From NCBI GenBank assembly GCA_963746335.1, contig CAVVAK010000006.1, positions 77,657 through 141,656 of the forward strand: a stretch of DNA of 64,000 bases, read 5' to 3'. The position numbers and the translations under genes were made by a program. Shown piece by piece: positions 30,280 through 40,111 of this stretch. How positions within the stretch are numbered: the stretch's first letter is position 1; each line of letters opens with the position of its first letter. The notes beneath the pieces are model-generated. The model searched no databases. It was not told the DNA's origin and saw only the letters and a list, made by a program, of their open reading frames with translations. Origin of the DNA: an uncultured Actinomycetota bacterium. GTDB lineage: Bacteria; Actinomycetota; UBA4738; HRBIN12.

Positions 30280-30306
30280 GAGCGGAGGCTACTACGCTCT
30301 GCTTCT

Positions 30307-31245
30307 GTGAAGGTCGTCGCACTCGCCGGTGGAGTCGGCGCGGGGAAGTTCCTGCGCGGTCTCGTTCGCGCGGTGTCGCCCGCGGATGTCACCGCGGTCG
30401 TGAACACGGGCGACGATCTCGACGTGCACGGTCTCCGGGTGTGTCCCGATCTCGACTCGGTCACGTACTGGCTCGGCGATGCCTTCGACCGCGATCGGGG
30501 CTGGGGGCGGCGCGACGAGACGTTCCGTGCGACGGAGGAGCTCCGCTCGTTCGACCCCGACGCCGCCTGGTTCGGGCTGGGCGACCTGGACCTGGCGACC
30601 CACCTGTTCCGGACGCGGTCCCTCGCAGAGGGACTCCCACTCTCGGAGGTCACGGAGCGGATCGCGGCGCGGTTCGGCATCGTGTGCACGATCGTGCCGA
30701 TGAGCGAGCAGCGGGTCGAGACCCGCCTCGACGTGGTCTCACTCGGAAAGGAGCTGGACCTTCATTTCCAGGAGTACTGGGTCCTCCGCGGCGCCCGGGA
30801 CGACGTCAAGGCCATCCGCTTCGACGGAGTGGACGTCGCGATGCCGGCGCCCGGGGTGCTGGATGCGATCGAGCAGGCCGACGCGGTCGTGATCTGCCCC
30901 TCCAACCCCGTCGTCTCGATCGGTCCGATCCTCGCGGTGGGCGGGCTGAAGGAAGCCGTGGCCCGGATGCCCGTGGTGGGGATCTCGCCGATCGTCGGCG
31001 GACGGCCGCTGGCGGGCATGGCGGACCGGCTCATGCCCATCGTCGGCCTGGAGGTCTCCGCGGCGGGTGCCGCCCGCGCCTACGACGGTCTCCTGGACGC
31101 GTGGGTGATCGACGACGCCGACGCGCATCTGGCGGGTCGGGTGCACGAGGAGACGGGTGCACGTGTCGCCGTCACGGACACCGTGATGCGCGACGATGAC
31201 GTCGCGGAACGACTGGCCCGTGTCGCGCTCGACCAGCTCCGATGA
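30307..31245 (+). CDS. fbiA: 2-phospho-L-lactate (or EPPG) transferase, F420 biosynthesis
   Basis: The in-frame GTG at 30307 gives VKVVALAGGVGAGKFLRGL...NTGDD...ICPSNPVVSIGPIL, the CofD family pattern. The remainder of track ORF 28216..31245 is antisense to fbiC. Confidence 0.92.
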   Translation: MKVVALAGGVGAGKFLRGLVRAVSPADVTAVVNTGDDLDVHGLRVCPDLDSVTYWLGDAFDRDRGWGRRDETFRATEELRSFDPDAAWFGLGDLDLATHLFRTRSLAEGLPLSEVTERIAARFGIVCTIVPMSEQRVETRLDVVSLGKELDLHFQEYWVLRGARDDVKAIRFDGVDVAMPAPGVLDAIEQADAVVICPSNPVVSIGPILAVGGLKEAVARMPVVGISPIVGGRPLAGMADRLMPIVGLEVSAAGAARAYDGLLDAWVIDDADAHLAGRVHEETGARVAVTDTVMRDDDVAERLARVALDQLR

Positions 31246-32402
31246 CCATCGAGCTGATCCCGCTCGAGGGCCTCCCGGAGATCGAGCCGGGCGACGACCT
31301 GACCGCGGTCTTGGAGCCGTCGCTCGCGGCGAACGCCGTGAGGGACGGCGACGTCGTGGCGATCACGCAGAAGGTCGTCTCCAAGGCGGAGGGGCGCATC
31401 GTCCCCGCGGCGGACCGCGCCGCGTGGATCGAACGGGAGTCGGTAGGGGTCGTCGCTCGTCGCGGCGATCTCGTCATCACGCGCACCCGTCACGGTTTCG
31501 TCTGTGCGAACGCTGGCATCGACGCGTCGAACGTGCGGGAGGGGTTCCTCACGCTCCTCCCGGAGGATCCCGATGCGAGCGCAGAGCGGTTGCAGAAGAA
31601 GCTGTCGGCCCGGCTCGGGCTCGCACGGCTGGGGGTCGTCATCACCGACACGTTCGGTCGTCCCTGGCGCGAGGGTGTCGTCGACGTGGCGATCGGCTGC
31701 GCGGGCCTGCCGGCGCTGCGGGACCTTCGCGGAACCGTCGACGATCGCGGTCGGGAGCTGGAGACGACGGTCGTCGCGTTCGCCGACGCGGTGGCGGCGG
31801 CAAGCGGCCTCGTGATGACGAAGACCGCGCGGGTCCCGGCGGCGCTCGTGCGAGGGCTGGCCGCCTCCGCGGGGGACGAGCCCACCGGATCAGCCCGCGA
31901 CCTCGTGCGCCGGCCCGAGGACGACCTGTTCCGGGAGTCGGCGCTCGTCGCGGTCTCGGTCGCCCGGTCGAGCGACGTGTTCGGGCCCGGGGAGGTCTCG
32001 CCCGAGATCGTCGAACTAGCCGTGCAGGCCGCAGCCGCCACCCACTCCTCCAAGGAGTGGTCCTTCGTGGCGCTGCGGACGCCACCGTCACGCCGCCGGC
32101 TCCTCGTCGCCGCGATGGATGGGGACGGGCCTCTCCGCGCAGCGCCGACCCTGATCGTGCCGTGCGTCCGGGTGGCAGGAGGCCGGCTATCGGACCCGCG
32201 GACCGAGGAGGGCACCTTCCTCTCCGCGGGTGCCGCGATCCGCACGCTCGTTCTCGCCCTGCATGCGCAACTGGTGGCTTGGTCGTGGGACCCGACCGTG
32301 CCCTTCGACGCGGACGGGGCACGGGCGGCGCTCGCGCTCGGTGAGGACTGGCGCCCGCTCGGCATCGTGGGTGCCGGCCCGATGCCGGAGGGCGAGGCCT
32401 AG
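31242..32402 (+). CDS. fbiB: F420:glutamyl ligase (CofE domain) fused to a nitroreductase-like domain
   Basis: 386 aa. CofE N-terminus MTIELIPLEGLPEIEPGDDL...VVAITQKVVSKAEGR, a C-terminal NTR-like fold, and an ATGA overlap with fbiA. Confidence 0.9.
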   Translation: MTIELIPLEGLPEIEPGDDLTAVLEPSLAANAVRDGDVVAITQKVVSKAEGRIVPAADRAAWIERESVGVVARRGDLVITRTRHGFVCANAGIDASNVREGFLTLLPEDPDASAERLQKKLSARLGLARLGVVITDTFGRPWREGVVDVAIGCAGLPALRDLRGTVDDRGRELETTVVAFADAVAAASGLVMTKTARVPAALVRGLAASAGDEPTGSARDLVRRPEDDLFRESALVAVSVARSSDVFGPGEVSPEIVELAVQAAAATHSSKEWSFVALRTPPSRRRLLVAAMDGDGPLRAAPTLIVPCVRVAGGRLSDPRTEEGTFLSAGAAIRTLVLALHAQLVAWSWDPTVPFDADGARAALALGEDWRPLGIVGAGPMPEGEA

Positions 32403-32428
32403 CCTGACGGCCCCGCCCGCCGATCGTC

Positions 32429-33862
32429 TTACGCGAACGAGCCCCGGAGGAAGTACCAGAGGAAGACCCCGGTCACGACGTACATCAGCGGATGCACGTC
32501 TCGGGCCTTGCCCTGCATCAGCCTGATCGCCGTGTAGGCGACGAAGCCGGCTCCCACGCCGTTCGTGATCGAATACGTGAACGGCATCAGGCCGATCGTG
32601 AGGAGGGCGGGGATCCCGATCGCGGGATCGCGCCAGTCGATGTCTCCGATGGCCCGCATCATGAAGTAGCCAACGATCACGAGCACGGGCGCCGTCGCCT
32701 CGGGAGGGATCACGCCGGCGAGCGGCGAAAGGAACACACAGAGCAGGAACAGCACGCCGGTCACGACGGAGGCGAGGCCGGTCCGACCTCCCTCGGTGAT
32801 CCCCGCCGCGGACTCGATGAACGTGGTGTTCGACGAAGCACTCGCCGCCCCGCCGGCGGCCGCCGCGACCGAGTCGACCAACAGGACTCGGCTCATGTTC
32901 GGGAGCTTGCCGTCCTCGTCGAGCAGCCCGGCCTCGTCCCCTAGGGCCACGGCCGTGCCCATCGTGTCGAAGAAGTCGGACAGCATGACGGTCACCACGG
33001 CGGCGATCGCCGCGACGACACCGAGCGTGGAGAAGAACCCGAACGAGAAATCCCCCACGAGACTGAAGTCGGGCGTCGACGTGAGGGAGTCCGGGACCTG
33101 CGCGATCCCGGGTCCGACCTGATCCCAGATCGCGTTGTCGCCCCAGATCGCGTTGATGATCGCCGCGATCACGGTGGTCGCGACGATCCCGATCAGGAGG
33201 CCGCCGCGGATCTTGCGCACGATGAGGATCGAGCACAGCGCGAGCCCGATCCCGAACGTGAGCATCCGCAACGTCGTCAGGTTGTTGCTCAGCGTCACGA
33301 CGGTCCCTTCGCCCCGCACCACCACGCCGGCGTTGACGAGCCCGATGATCGTCAGGAAGAGACCGATGCCGATCGCGATCGCTCGCTTCAGGTCCATCGG
33401 GATCGCGTTCACCACGGCGTTCCGGAATCCGGTGAGGACGAGCAGGGTGATCACGAGACCCTCGACGACGATGACGCCCATCGCCTCCGGGTAGGACAGA
33501 CCTTCCCCCGCGACGAGCGTGAACGCGACGAACGCGTTCAACCCCAGGCCCGATGCGATCGCGAACGGGTAGTTCGCCCACAGACCCATCGCGATCGTCG
33601 CCAGGCCCGCGACGAGCGCGGTGACCGTGAGGACCGGCCCGAAGGGCAGCCCCAGCGGTTGCAGATCGGGGACGGCGGCGAAGCCGAGGATCTGCGGGTT
33701 GAGGAACAGGATGTACGCCATCGTGAGCCAGGTGGTGATCCCGGCGATCACCTCGGTCCGAACGGTGGAACCGCGCGCTGAGATCTTGAAGAACCGATCG
33801 AGGCCACCGGTTCCCTCCGCCGCAGGCAGCCTCACGAGCTGGTCGTGCTTGGTGTCTGACAC
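32429..33862 (-). CDS. NCS2/AzgA-family purine (adenine/guanine/hypoxanthine) permease
   Basis: GTG at 33862 follows GGGAGGGAGGG. Sequence: FKISARGSTVRTEVIAGITTWLTMAYILFLNPQIL, GLGLNAF, SNTTFIESAAGI. Confidence 0.9.
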   Translation of the reverse strand: MSDTKHDQLVRLPAAEGTGGLDRFFKISARGSTVRTEVIAGITTWLTMAYILFLNPQILGFAAVPDLQPLGLPFGPVLTVTALVAGLATIAMGLWANYPFAIASGLGLNAFVAFTLVAGEGLSYPEAMGVIVVEGLVITLLVLTGFRNAVVNAIPMDLKRAIAIGIGLFLTIIGLVNAGVVVRGEGTVVTLSNNLTTLRMLTFGIGLALCSILIVRKIRGGLLIGIVATTVIAAIINAIWGDNAIWDQVGPGIAQVPDSLTSTPDFSLVGDFSFGFFSTLGVVAAIAAVVTVMLSDFFDTMGTAVALGDEAGLLDEDGKLPNMSRVLLVDSVAAAAGGAASASSNTTFIESAAGITEGGRTGLASVVTGVLFLLCVFLSPLAGVIPPEATAPVLVIVGYFMMRAIGDIDWRDPAIGIPALLTIGLMPFTYSITNGVGAGFVAYTAIRLMQGKARDVHPLMYVVTGVFLWYFLRGSFA

Positions 33863-34016
33863 GCGCCCTCCCTCCCTCGGCCGAGCGGCCGGTCGTGCAC
33901 CCGGGGGAAGGCGCGAGCAGGATAGGCCCGCCATCGCGGTGCCCGCAAGACGCGGCTCGCACTTCCTCCCGCGGAACGGCCGGTAAGCTTCCGCGACCCA
34001 TGATCGAGGAGCGCAG

Positions 34017-34808
34017 TTGACAGACGACGTCCCCGGGAGGCCCGACCAAGGCCGGAAGTTGACCAAGGCCGAGCGGAAGGACCAGGCCCGGCGCGAGCGT
34101 GAGGAACTCCAGCGACGGCTCGCGTCGAAGCGGCGGGCACGCACGGTCGGCATCCTCGTGGGGATCGTGGTGATCGCGGCGATCGTCGCCGCCGCCACCC
34201 TGCTCCCCTCCGGAGGAAGCGATCTGCCAGGCCCCAACCAGCTCATCCAGCGCGCGACGAGCGCAGCGGACGCCGCCGGATGCGGCGACGTGACGACGAC
34301 CCCGCCGTTCGATCCTCCCGACCAGGATCGCACGCACATCGGCGGTGGAAACATCGCTGGTCCACCCCTATCCGCCTATCCGACGACGCCGCCTGCGTCC
34401 GGCCCCCACGCCGACGTCCCGCTTCCCGCAGGCGTCTACGACTCCGCGACGCTCTCCGACCTCTATCGGTCGATCCATTCCCTCGAGCACGGCGCCACGG
34501 TGATCTGGTACGACCCGGCTGCGCCGGCCGAGAAGGTGGCGGAGCTGATCGAGTTCTACGACCGCCGACTCCAAGACGCCGAGGTGGGCCAGGATCGCGT
34601 GATCGTGGCCCCGTACGACTTCCCCGGGGACGCGGCGGGGATCCTGCCGGACGGCACCGCGATGGCCCTCGTCGCATGGCACCGCGTCCGCACGTGCGCG
34701 AGCGTCGACCTCGCCGTCGCGTTCGACTTCACGTCGCAGTACAGCTTCCCGACGACGGCCGGCCGCGACTACCAGGGTGAGGCCCCCGAGCCGGGAGCCG
34801 CGATCTGA
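34017..34808 (+). CDS. DUF3105-like membrane-anchored protein
   Basis: 263 aa. TTG start follows GAGGAG. Basic N-terminal tail, one TM helix, then SIHSLEHGATVIWYDP...ALVAWHRVRTC. Confidence 0.7.
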   Translation: MTDDVPGRPDQGRKLTKAERKDQARREREELQRRLASKRRARTVGILVGIVVIAAIVAAATLLPSGGSDLPGPNQLIQRATSAADAAGCGDVTTTPPFDPPDQDRTHIGGGNIAGPPLSAYPTTPPASGPHADVPLPAGVYDSATLSDLYRSIHSLEHGATVIWYDPAAPAEKVAELIEFYDRRLQDAEVGQDRVIVAPYDFPGDAAGILPDGTAMALVAWHRVRTCASVDLAVAFDFTSQYSFPTTAGRDYQGEAPEPGAAI

Positions 34809-35602
34809 TGGCCAAGAAGAAGAAGCGGGCCCGATCGCGGCCCGGACCCGCGGCGCCCACCGCGGCGGAAGGCGCCGCGGCGCGTGGGCCCGCGGCACAG
34901 AGTGGCGCCGGCCGTGGGGGCGCGAACATCGAACGACGTGAGCGCAAGGAAGAAGCGCGGCGGTTCCGTGAGGCGGAGCGACGCCGCGCGCGGCGCGCGG
35001 CGTCGCTCCGCCGCACGGTCACGTCCATCGGGATCGCCGCCGCTGCCGTGGCGGCGATCACCCTGCTCCGGAGTTTCGGGGGTCCCAACGACATCCCTGA
35101 GGCCGCGATCCGTGCGGCGCAGGAGGCGGGATGCACGGAGGTCGATCAACCGGCGAGCAGCGCCCCCTCGGGACAGCATCTGCAACCCGGCCAAGATCCC
35201 GGATACACCGACACGCCGGCCACGTCCGGGTTCCACGACCCGCAACCACTCCCAGAGGAACCGAAGGTGTACGACACCCAGCCGAACGAGACGAACGCGG
35301 TGCACTCGCTCGAGCACGGGGCCGTCTTCATCTACTACCTTCCCGCGGCCGACGGTGGGCTCTCCCAGGAGATCATCGATCGGTTGGCGCCGATCGCGGA
35401 GAGAAGCGACGCGACGTTCCTGTCGCCCTATCCGTCGCTCACCGGTGAGACCGCGCTCACCCTGACTGCGTGGAACCGTCGCCAATCGTGCCCGACGGGG
35501 GACGCACTCACACCTCAGGCGGCGTCCACGATCGTCAACGGGTTCGTGACGGCGTTCGAGTGCACCGGGAACGCACCGGAGAGCAGCAACTCTCCCTGCT
35601 GA
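34808..35602 (+). CDS. DUF3105-like membrane-anchored protein (tandem paralog)
   Basis: 264 aa. Basic tail MAKKKKRARSR..., one TM helix, then AVHSLEHGAVFIYYLP...LTAWNRRQSC. A 1-nt overlap (TGATG) joins it to the previous gene. Confidence 0.7.
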   Translation: MAKKKKRARSRPGPAAPTAAEGAAARGPAAQSGAGRGGANIERRERKEEARRFREAERRRARRAASLRRTVTSIGIAAAAVAAITLLRSFGGPNDIPEAAIRAAQEAGCTEVDQPASSAPSGQHLQPGQDPGYTDTPATSGFHDPQPLPEEPKVYDTQPNETNAVHSLEHGAVFIYYLPAADGGLSQEIIDRLAPIAERSDATFLSPYPSLTGETALTLTAWNRRQSCPTGDALTPQAASTIVNGFVTAFECTGNAPESSNSPC

Positions 35603-35605
35603 GAC

Positions 35606-37387
35606 TCAGCTGACCTGACAGGTCCCGCTCGCGCACGAGATCGTCCCGTACTCGAACGACGCGCTCGACACACCGTCGGCGCTGCCGACCCGCGTCGTCG
35701 GGTACCCCAGCGCTCCCTTCGCGCCCCCGCGCGCGAGGTACTCGGACAGCACCGGTCCCCACAGCGCGTGCGCGCCGATCCCCGGCTTGAAGTAGATGCG
35801 ACCACCTTCCAGCGTGACCTGACGGCAGTCGCCGCATGTCTCGGCGCCCGACGTCTGTGGACGGGACGGTCCGGACACCGGGAGCCCGAGACGGCCGCCG
35901 GCCCCACCGGCTCCCAGGTACTCGGAGTGGACCGGGCCCTTGAGCCAGACCGTGAGGTTGACTTGGCCGTTGCGGTAGATGCCGCCTCGATCGAAGAGCT
36001 GACGGGAGCCGTGGTCCAGGACGAGCAGCCTCGACCTCGGCAGCCCGGGCCGGCACATCACGGCGTCGTATTTCGCGCGGACCGTGCCGACGACGTTGCG
36101 ATCCTGGTTGATCCAGACACGCGCATCGGGGAGCCCCAGCGCGGCCCTGAGCTCGCTTCCCGCGACGGAGGCGGAGCCGCGTGTTCCGCGAGCGATCGCG
36201 CTCACGATCCGGCCGGAGATGCCTCGCCGCACGTCGGTGAATCGGGAGATCGTGCCGATGCCGCCCGTATAGGGCGAGAGACGGGATGACAGGCTCGATG
36301 CCGTGAAGCTCCTCGTCCAGTCCGTCCAGGGATTGGCGGACGTGTACTCACCGGGGTCGCACACGCCGCGGAGGTACGGGACCGCGTAGGCGGGGTTCCC
36401 CCCGTGCCAGACGTCCTCGACGTCCTCCGAGTGACCCCCGTCCGACGCGGCATAGAAGGCTTGGATCACCGACCCGCCGTACGTCACAACCTCCCCTGCG
36501 GTGTCGACCACCGCGGCGACCCACCTGTTGCCGTCCGGCCCGATCTCCTTGCCCCACCCCACGTAGACCTGATCGCCGGCGCCGTCGGCGAGATGGCAGT
36601 CGCAGTCACTCCGCAGCCCCTGACGTCGGATCTTGTAGGTCGCGAACGTCCGGGCCGCGACGGCCTGTGACCGCAATGCCGCGCCGGGCCAGCTGCTCGG
36701 CATCTCCCCCAGCCCGCGCAGATACATCTCGAACGGCAGCTCGATCGTGAGGCGCTCGGCGCATCGGTCGGCGCAGGCGAAGAGGTCGAACTCGAGGAAC
36801 CCGTACGCGTACGTGTACCCCCGGTGCCAGATGTCATCTGCCTCGGGCACGAAGACACGAGCGCCCGAGTCGGCGAACGTGGCGAACACGGGCCGGGCCG
36901 GTCCACCCCATCGGCGCCTCCCGACGAGCGTCCCGGTGTGGTCGCGGATCGCGTACTTGTCCTCCGCGGAGGCGGCAGAGACCGTCCAGGTCTTGCCCGA
37001 GGGGATCTTCGCGACGAACGTGGCGCCGGGGCCATCCATCCACAGCTGCACGGGGCCGTTCTTCGCCGTGAGGTGGATCGTCGTGCGGCCGCTGGTGAGC
37101 CCCACCCGGAGCTTCCGCGGCAGCGTCGAGGACTGCACGACCTCGGTTCGCGAGTAGAAGTGGGTGAGGATCTGTCGATACGACCAGCCCTTGTTGGCAA
37201 GTCCGTAGGCGCCCCACTGTGACATCCCGATGCCGTGACCGTAGCCGGAGCCGTAGAGACGGAAGGTGTCAGCCGCATGCGCGACGGACCCAGTCGCGAG
37301 CGCCGCGACAATCACCATCGCCGCAACGACACGTCGAACACGTCGAACGATCAGGGGCCTCAAGGTCGAGTCGAACACCCTACACAA
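35606..37387 (-). CDS. SpoIID/LytB-domain protein with C-terminal LGFP-type repeats (cell-wall associated)
   Basis: 593 aa. Signal peptide, a SpoIID-type core (YLRGLGEMPSSWPGAALRSQAVAARTFA, QVYVGWGKE) and repeats ending GALGYPTT / GRLGLPVSG. Confidence 0.8.
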   Translation of the reverse strand: MCRVFDSTLRPLIVRRVRRVVAAMVIVAALATGSVAHAADTFRLYGSGYGHGIGMSQWGAYGLANKGWSYRQILTHFYSRTEVVQSSTLPRKLRVGLTSGRTTIHLTAKNGPVQLWMDGPGATFVAKIPSGKTWTVSAASAEDKYAIRDHTGTLVGRRRWGGPARPVFATFADSGARVFVPEADDIWHRGYTYAYGFLEFDLFACADRCAERLTIELPFEMYLRGLGEMPSSWPGAALRSQAVAARTFATYKIRRQGLRSDCDCHLADGAGDQVYVGWGKEIGPDGNRWVAAVVDTAGEVVTYGGSVIQAFYAASDGGHSEDVEDVWHGGNPAYAVPYLRGVCDPGEYTSANPWTDWTRSFTASSLSSRLSPYTGGIGTISRFTDVRRGISGRIVSAIARGTRGSASVAGSELRAALGLPDARVWINQDRNVVGTVRAKYDAVMCRPGLPRSRLLVLDHGSRQLFDRGGIYRNGQVNLTVWLKGPVHSEYLGAGGAGGRLGLPVSGPSRPQTSGAETCGDCRQVTLEGGRIYFKPGIGAHALWGPVLSEYLARGGAKGALGYPTTRVGSADGVSSASFEYGTISCASGTCQVS

Positions 37388-37432
37388 TCGGTCCCCGACC
37401 CCCGACGGTTGAGTTCGGGGGCCCGCGGGTCC

Positions 37433-38449
37433 TCAGGAGGGATCCGTTTCGAAGCCTTGCCTGACCCCCTCCAGCCTCACGCCGGGGAGTACCCGGATCC
37501 CCTCGCCGAGCACGGAATCGACCAGCGCGGCACCTTTCCCCACGATCCCGCGAGGGCCCACGATCGATCGCTCCACGCGAGCGCCCTCCTCGACGACCGC
37601 CCCCGCCATGAGAACGGCCTCGATGAGCTCCGCCCCCGGGCCCACGCTGGCGCCCTCGCCGATGGCGACCGCCGTTCCGACGCGCGCGGTCGGGTCGACC
37701 GACGCGCCCGACGCGATCCACGGGGCTCGGTAGGGGGAACCGCGCAGCCGCCCCGCCAGCAGGTCGACGTGGGCGCGCAGATACTGCTCTGGGGTCCCGA
37801 GATCCAGCCAATAGGCGTCGGTCTCGAATCCGAAGACCGCCGCCCCGCTCTCGATCAACGCCGGGAAGATCTCCGTTTCGATCGAGAGACGGGTCCCTGT
37901 GGGCCAGGCGCCGAGGGCGGAGGGATCCAGGACGTAGGTCCCCGCGTTGATGTCACCGGGAACGGCGTCGGGCGGCTTCTCCCGGAACTCCGTGATGCGC
38001 CCGGCCGGATCTGGGGCCACGAGCCCGAAGGCTCGGGCGTCCTCCACGTGGTGCAGGGCGATCGTGACCGCCGCGCGCCGCTCGCGATGGCGAGCGAGCA
38101 TCGCGGTCAGGTCCAGGTCGGTGAGGATGTCGCCGTTCAGCGCGAAGAACGGTTCCCCACCCAGATGCGTGAGGACGCTCACGATCGCGCCGCCCGTTCC
38201 CAGCGCCTCCCGCTCCGTGACCCACGTGATCGCCGGCTCGCTGGCTCGCGCCTCGATGAAGGGGTGGAACGTTTCCTCGAGGTACGGGGAGGACATGATG
38301 ACCTCGCGGACGCCGTGTGCGACCAGATGGTCGAGCAGGTGACCTAGGATCGGCCGATCGACGAGAGGCAGCAACGGCTTGGGCACGGTCTCCGTGAGCG
38401 GCCGGAGCCGCGTCCCCTCGCCGCCCACGAGGACGACGGCCTTCATCAC
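37433..38449 (-). CDS. Sugar-1-phosphate nucleotidyltransferase (mannose-1-phosphate guanylyltransferase-like) with left-handed beta-helix tail
   Basis: 338 aa. MKAVVLVGGEGTRLRPLTETVPKPLLP, GTGGAI and a hexapeptide-repeat C-terminus. Confidence 0.88.
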   Translation of the reverse strand: MMKAVVLVGGEGTRLRPLTETVPKPLLPLVDRPILGHLLDHLVAHGVREVIMSSPYLEETFHPFIEARASEPAITWVTEREALGTGGAIVSVLTHLGGEPFFALNGDILTDLDLTAMLARHRERRAAVTIALHHVEDARAFGLVAPDPAGRITEFREKPPDAVPGDINAGTYVLDPSALGAWPTGTRLSIETEIFPALIESGAAVFGFETDAYWLDLGTPEQYLRAHVDLLAGRLRGSPYRAPWIASGASVDPTARVGTAVAIGEGASVGPGAELIEAVLMAGAVVEEGARVERSIVGPRGIVGKGAALVDSVLGEGIRVLPGVRLEGVRQGFETDPS

Positions 38450-38498
38450 CCTCCTCGGTGACCCAGGAGCGACCGGCCTTCCGGTGACGTGGGGTCGC

Positions 38499-38870
38499 TC
38501 ATGCGTGGCGCGTTTGCGCCACCAGGACGATCCCGACGACGATGAACGCGACGCCGGCGTAGCGAAGCGCGGGCACCTCCTGGTCGAGGACGAACCGATC
38601 GGCCATGAGGATCAGCACGTAGGTCAGGGACGCGAACGGGTAGGCGAACGAGAGCGACGTCCTCGAAAGGACCGCGATCCACACGACCGCCGACAGCCCG
38701 AACAGGAGCAGCCCGGCCCAGATGGCGGGGGTGGTCACGATGGCTCGAAGAGACTCGGAGCCGAGGTGAAGCGCTCCCGAGCGGGCGGTCACCTGGTCGG
38801 TGCCGTGCTTCAGCGTGAGCTGGGCGAGGGCGGCGAGCGTGACGGAGAGCAGGATGAGGGCGATCAGCAT
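38499..38870 (-). CDS. Small 4-TM SMR/EamA-like protein resembling ArnE (polyprenyl-phosphate-sugar flippase subunit)
   Basis: The in-frame ATG at 38870 gives a 123-aa protein. LAQLTLKHG and SFAYPFASLTYVLILMADRFVLDQEVPALRYAGVAFIVVGIVLV parallel E. coli ArnE by eye. Confidence 0.65.
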   Translation of the reverse strand: MLIALILLSVTLAALAQLTLKHGTDQVTARSGALHLGSESLRAIVTTPAIWAGLLLFGLSAVVWIAVLSRTSLSFAYPFASLTYVLILMADRFVLDQEVPALRYAGVAFIVVGIVLVAQTRHA

Positions 38871-38938
38871 GACGTGACTCGTCTCCTGAAGGTGTGGGCC
38901 TGAACGACCGTCATCGGTCGCCTCGGGCCGGTCGGTGG

Positions 38939-40111
38939 TCACAGGTCTTCGACCTCCACGGTGGGCTCCACCGCGAGGACGTGCGCGCCGTCGTCCGCGT
39001 CGGGGACCGTCAATGGATAGTGCTGCGTCTGGACGTGGAACAACCGGCCATCGGGGGAGTCCAGGCCGACGCTCACGAAGTACGTACCGCTCGCCCAGGG
39101 CGCCGGGGGGATGCGGAAACGGACCCGCTTCTTCCCGTCCACGGGACCCAGGCTGACCCCGAGGCGCGACGTCTTGCCTTCGAGCACATGCAGGTTCGAC
39201 GAGGCGGACACCACGGCGAACGATACCGCCGCGTCCGGGACCGCGACGTCGGCACGCAGGTCCACCGTGATCGTCATCCCCTCGCCGGGGTGCACGGTAT
39301 CCCGCAAGCCCCCGTCCGACTCGAGCACGACCCCGGAGATCTCCACTTCGCGACTCCCCTCTTCCGGAACGAAGGTCGGGTCGTCGCTCAGCAACCGGTG
39401 CCGGAGCGTGCGGACGACATCGTCCGGCGCGCCGATCGCCTGCACGCTGCCGTGGTCGAGCATCACCGCCTCGTCGCAGACCTGCCGGACGACGTCGAGA
39501 GCGTGGGTCACGAGCACGATCGTGCGGCCCTCCGATTGGAACCGCCTGATGCGATCGAGGCAGCGTCGTTGGAACGACTCGTCCCCGACGGCGAGCACCT
39601 CGTCGATCAGGAGCACCTCGGGGTCCACGTGCACGGCGACGGCGAAGCCCAGCCGCACGAGCATCCCGGAGGAGTAGAACTTCACCTGGTTGTCCATGAA
39701 CTCCTCGAGCTCGGCGAACGCCACGACGTCGTCGTAGATCCGATCCGTCTGCCGGCGGGACAGGCCGAGGAACGAGGCGTTGAGGTACACGTTCTCCCGT
39801 CCCGTGAGGTCGGGGTGGAAACCGGCGCCGAGCTCGAGGAGGGCTGCGAGCCGTCCCCGATACCGGATCGTGCCGGCGGTCGGCCGGAGGATCCCCGCGA
39901 TGCACTTCAGCAGCGTGGTCTTCCCGGAGCCGTTGTGACCGACCAGCCCCAGCGAGGATCCCTGTGCGATATCGAACGAGACGTCGCGGAGAGCCCAGAA
40001 CTCCTCCGAGCGAGAGCGTGAGACCAGCAGGCGCTGCTTGAGGGACGTCGGACGTTCCCGATAGAGCCGGAACATCTTCGAGATGCCGTCGATCGCGATG
40101 GCGGTCGTCAC
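38939..40111 (-). CDS. wzt: Polysaccharide ABC exporter ATPase (Wzt/TagH type) with a C-terminal glycan-binding-type beta-sandwich domain
   Basis: GTG at 40111 forms a GTGA overlap with wzm. Walker [10 protein letters not shown], signature YSSGMLVRL, Walker [12 protein letters not shown], plus a ~140-aa extra C-terminal domain. Confidence 0.88.
   Translation of the reverse strand: MTTAIAIDGISKMFRLYRERPTSLKQRLLVSRSRSEEFWALRDVSFDIAQGSSLGLVGHNGSGKTTLLKCIAGILRPTAGTIRYRGRLAALLELGAGFHPDLTGRENVYLNASFLGLSRRQTDRIYDDVVAFAELEEFMDNQVKFYSSGMLVRLGFAVAVHVDPEVLLIDEVLAVGDESFQRRCLDRIRRFQSEGRTIVLVTHALDVVRQVCDEAVMLDHGSVQAIGAPDDVVRTLRHRLLSDDPTFVPEEGSREVEISGVVLESDGGLRDTVHPGEGMTITVDLRADVAVPDAAVSFAVVSASSNLHVLEGKTSRLGVSLGPVDGKKRVRFRIPPAPWASGTYFVSVGLDSPDGRLFHVQTQHYPLTVPDADDGAHVLAVEPTVEVEDL

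Noticed and set aside
28216-30306. The upstream two-thirds of the 1009-aa plus ORF 28216..31245.
   Set aside because: It is antisense to fbiC, whose radical-SAM motifs are clear. Only the last 312 codons, from GTG 30307, correspond to FbiA/CofD.
33863-34016. Possible purine (guanine/adenine) riboswitch in the 154-nt leader of the NCS2 purine permease.
   Set aside because: A short stretch (GCGGGCACCGCGAUGGCGGGCCUAUCC) loosely recalls the P3/J3-1 region. However, I cannot build the P1-P2-P3 three-way junction or find the conserved loop-loop nucleotides. It should still be scanned with the Rfam purine model.
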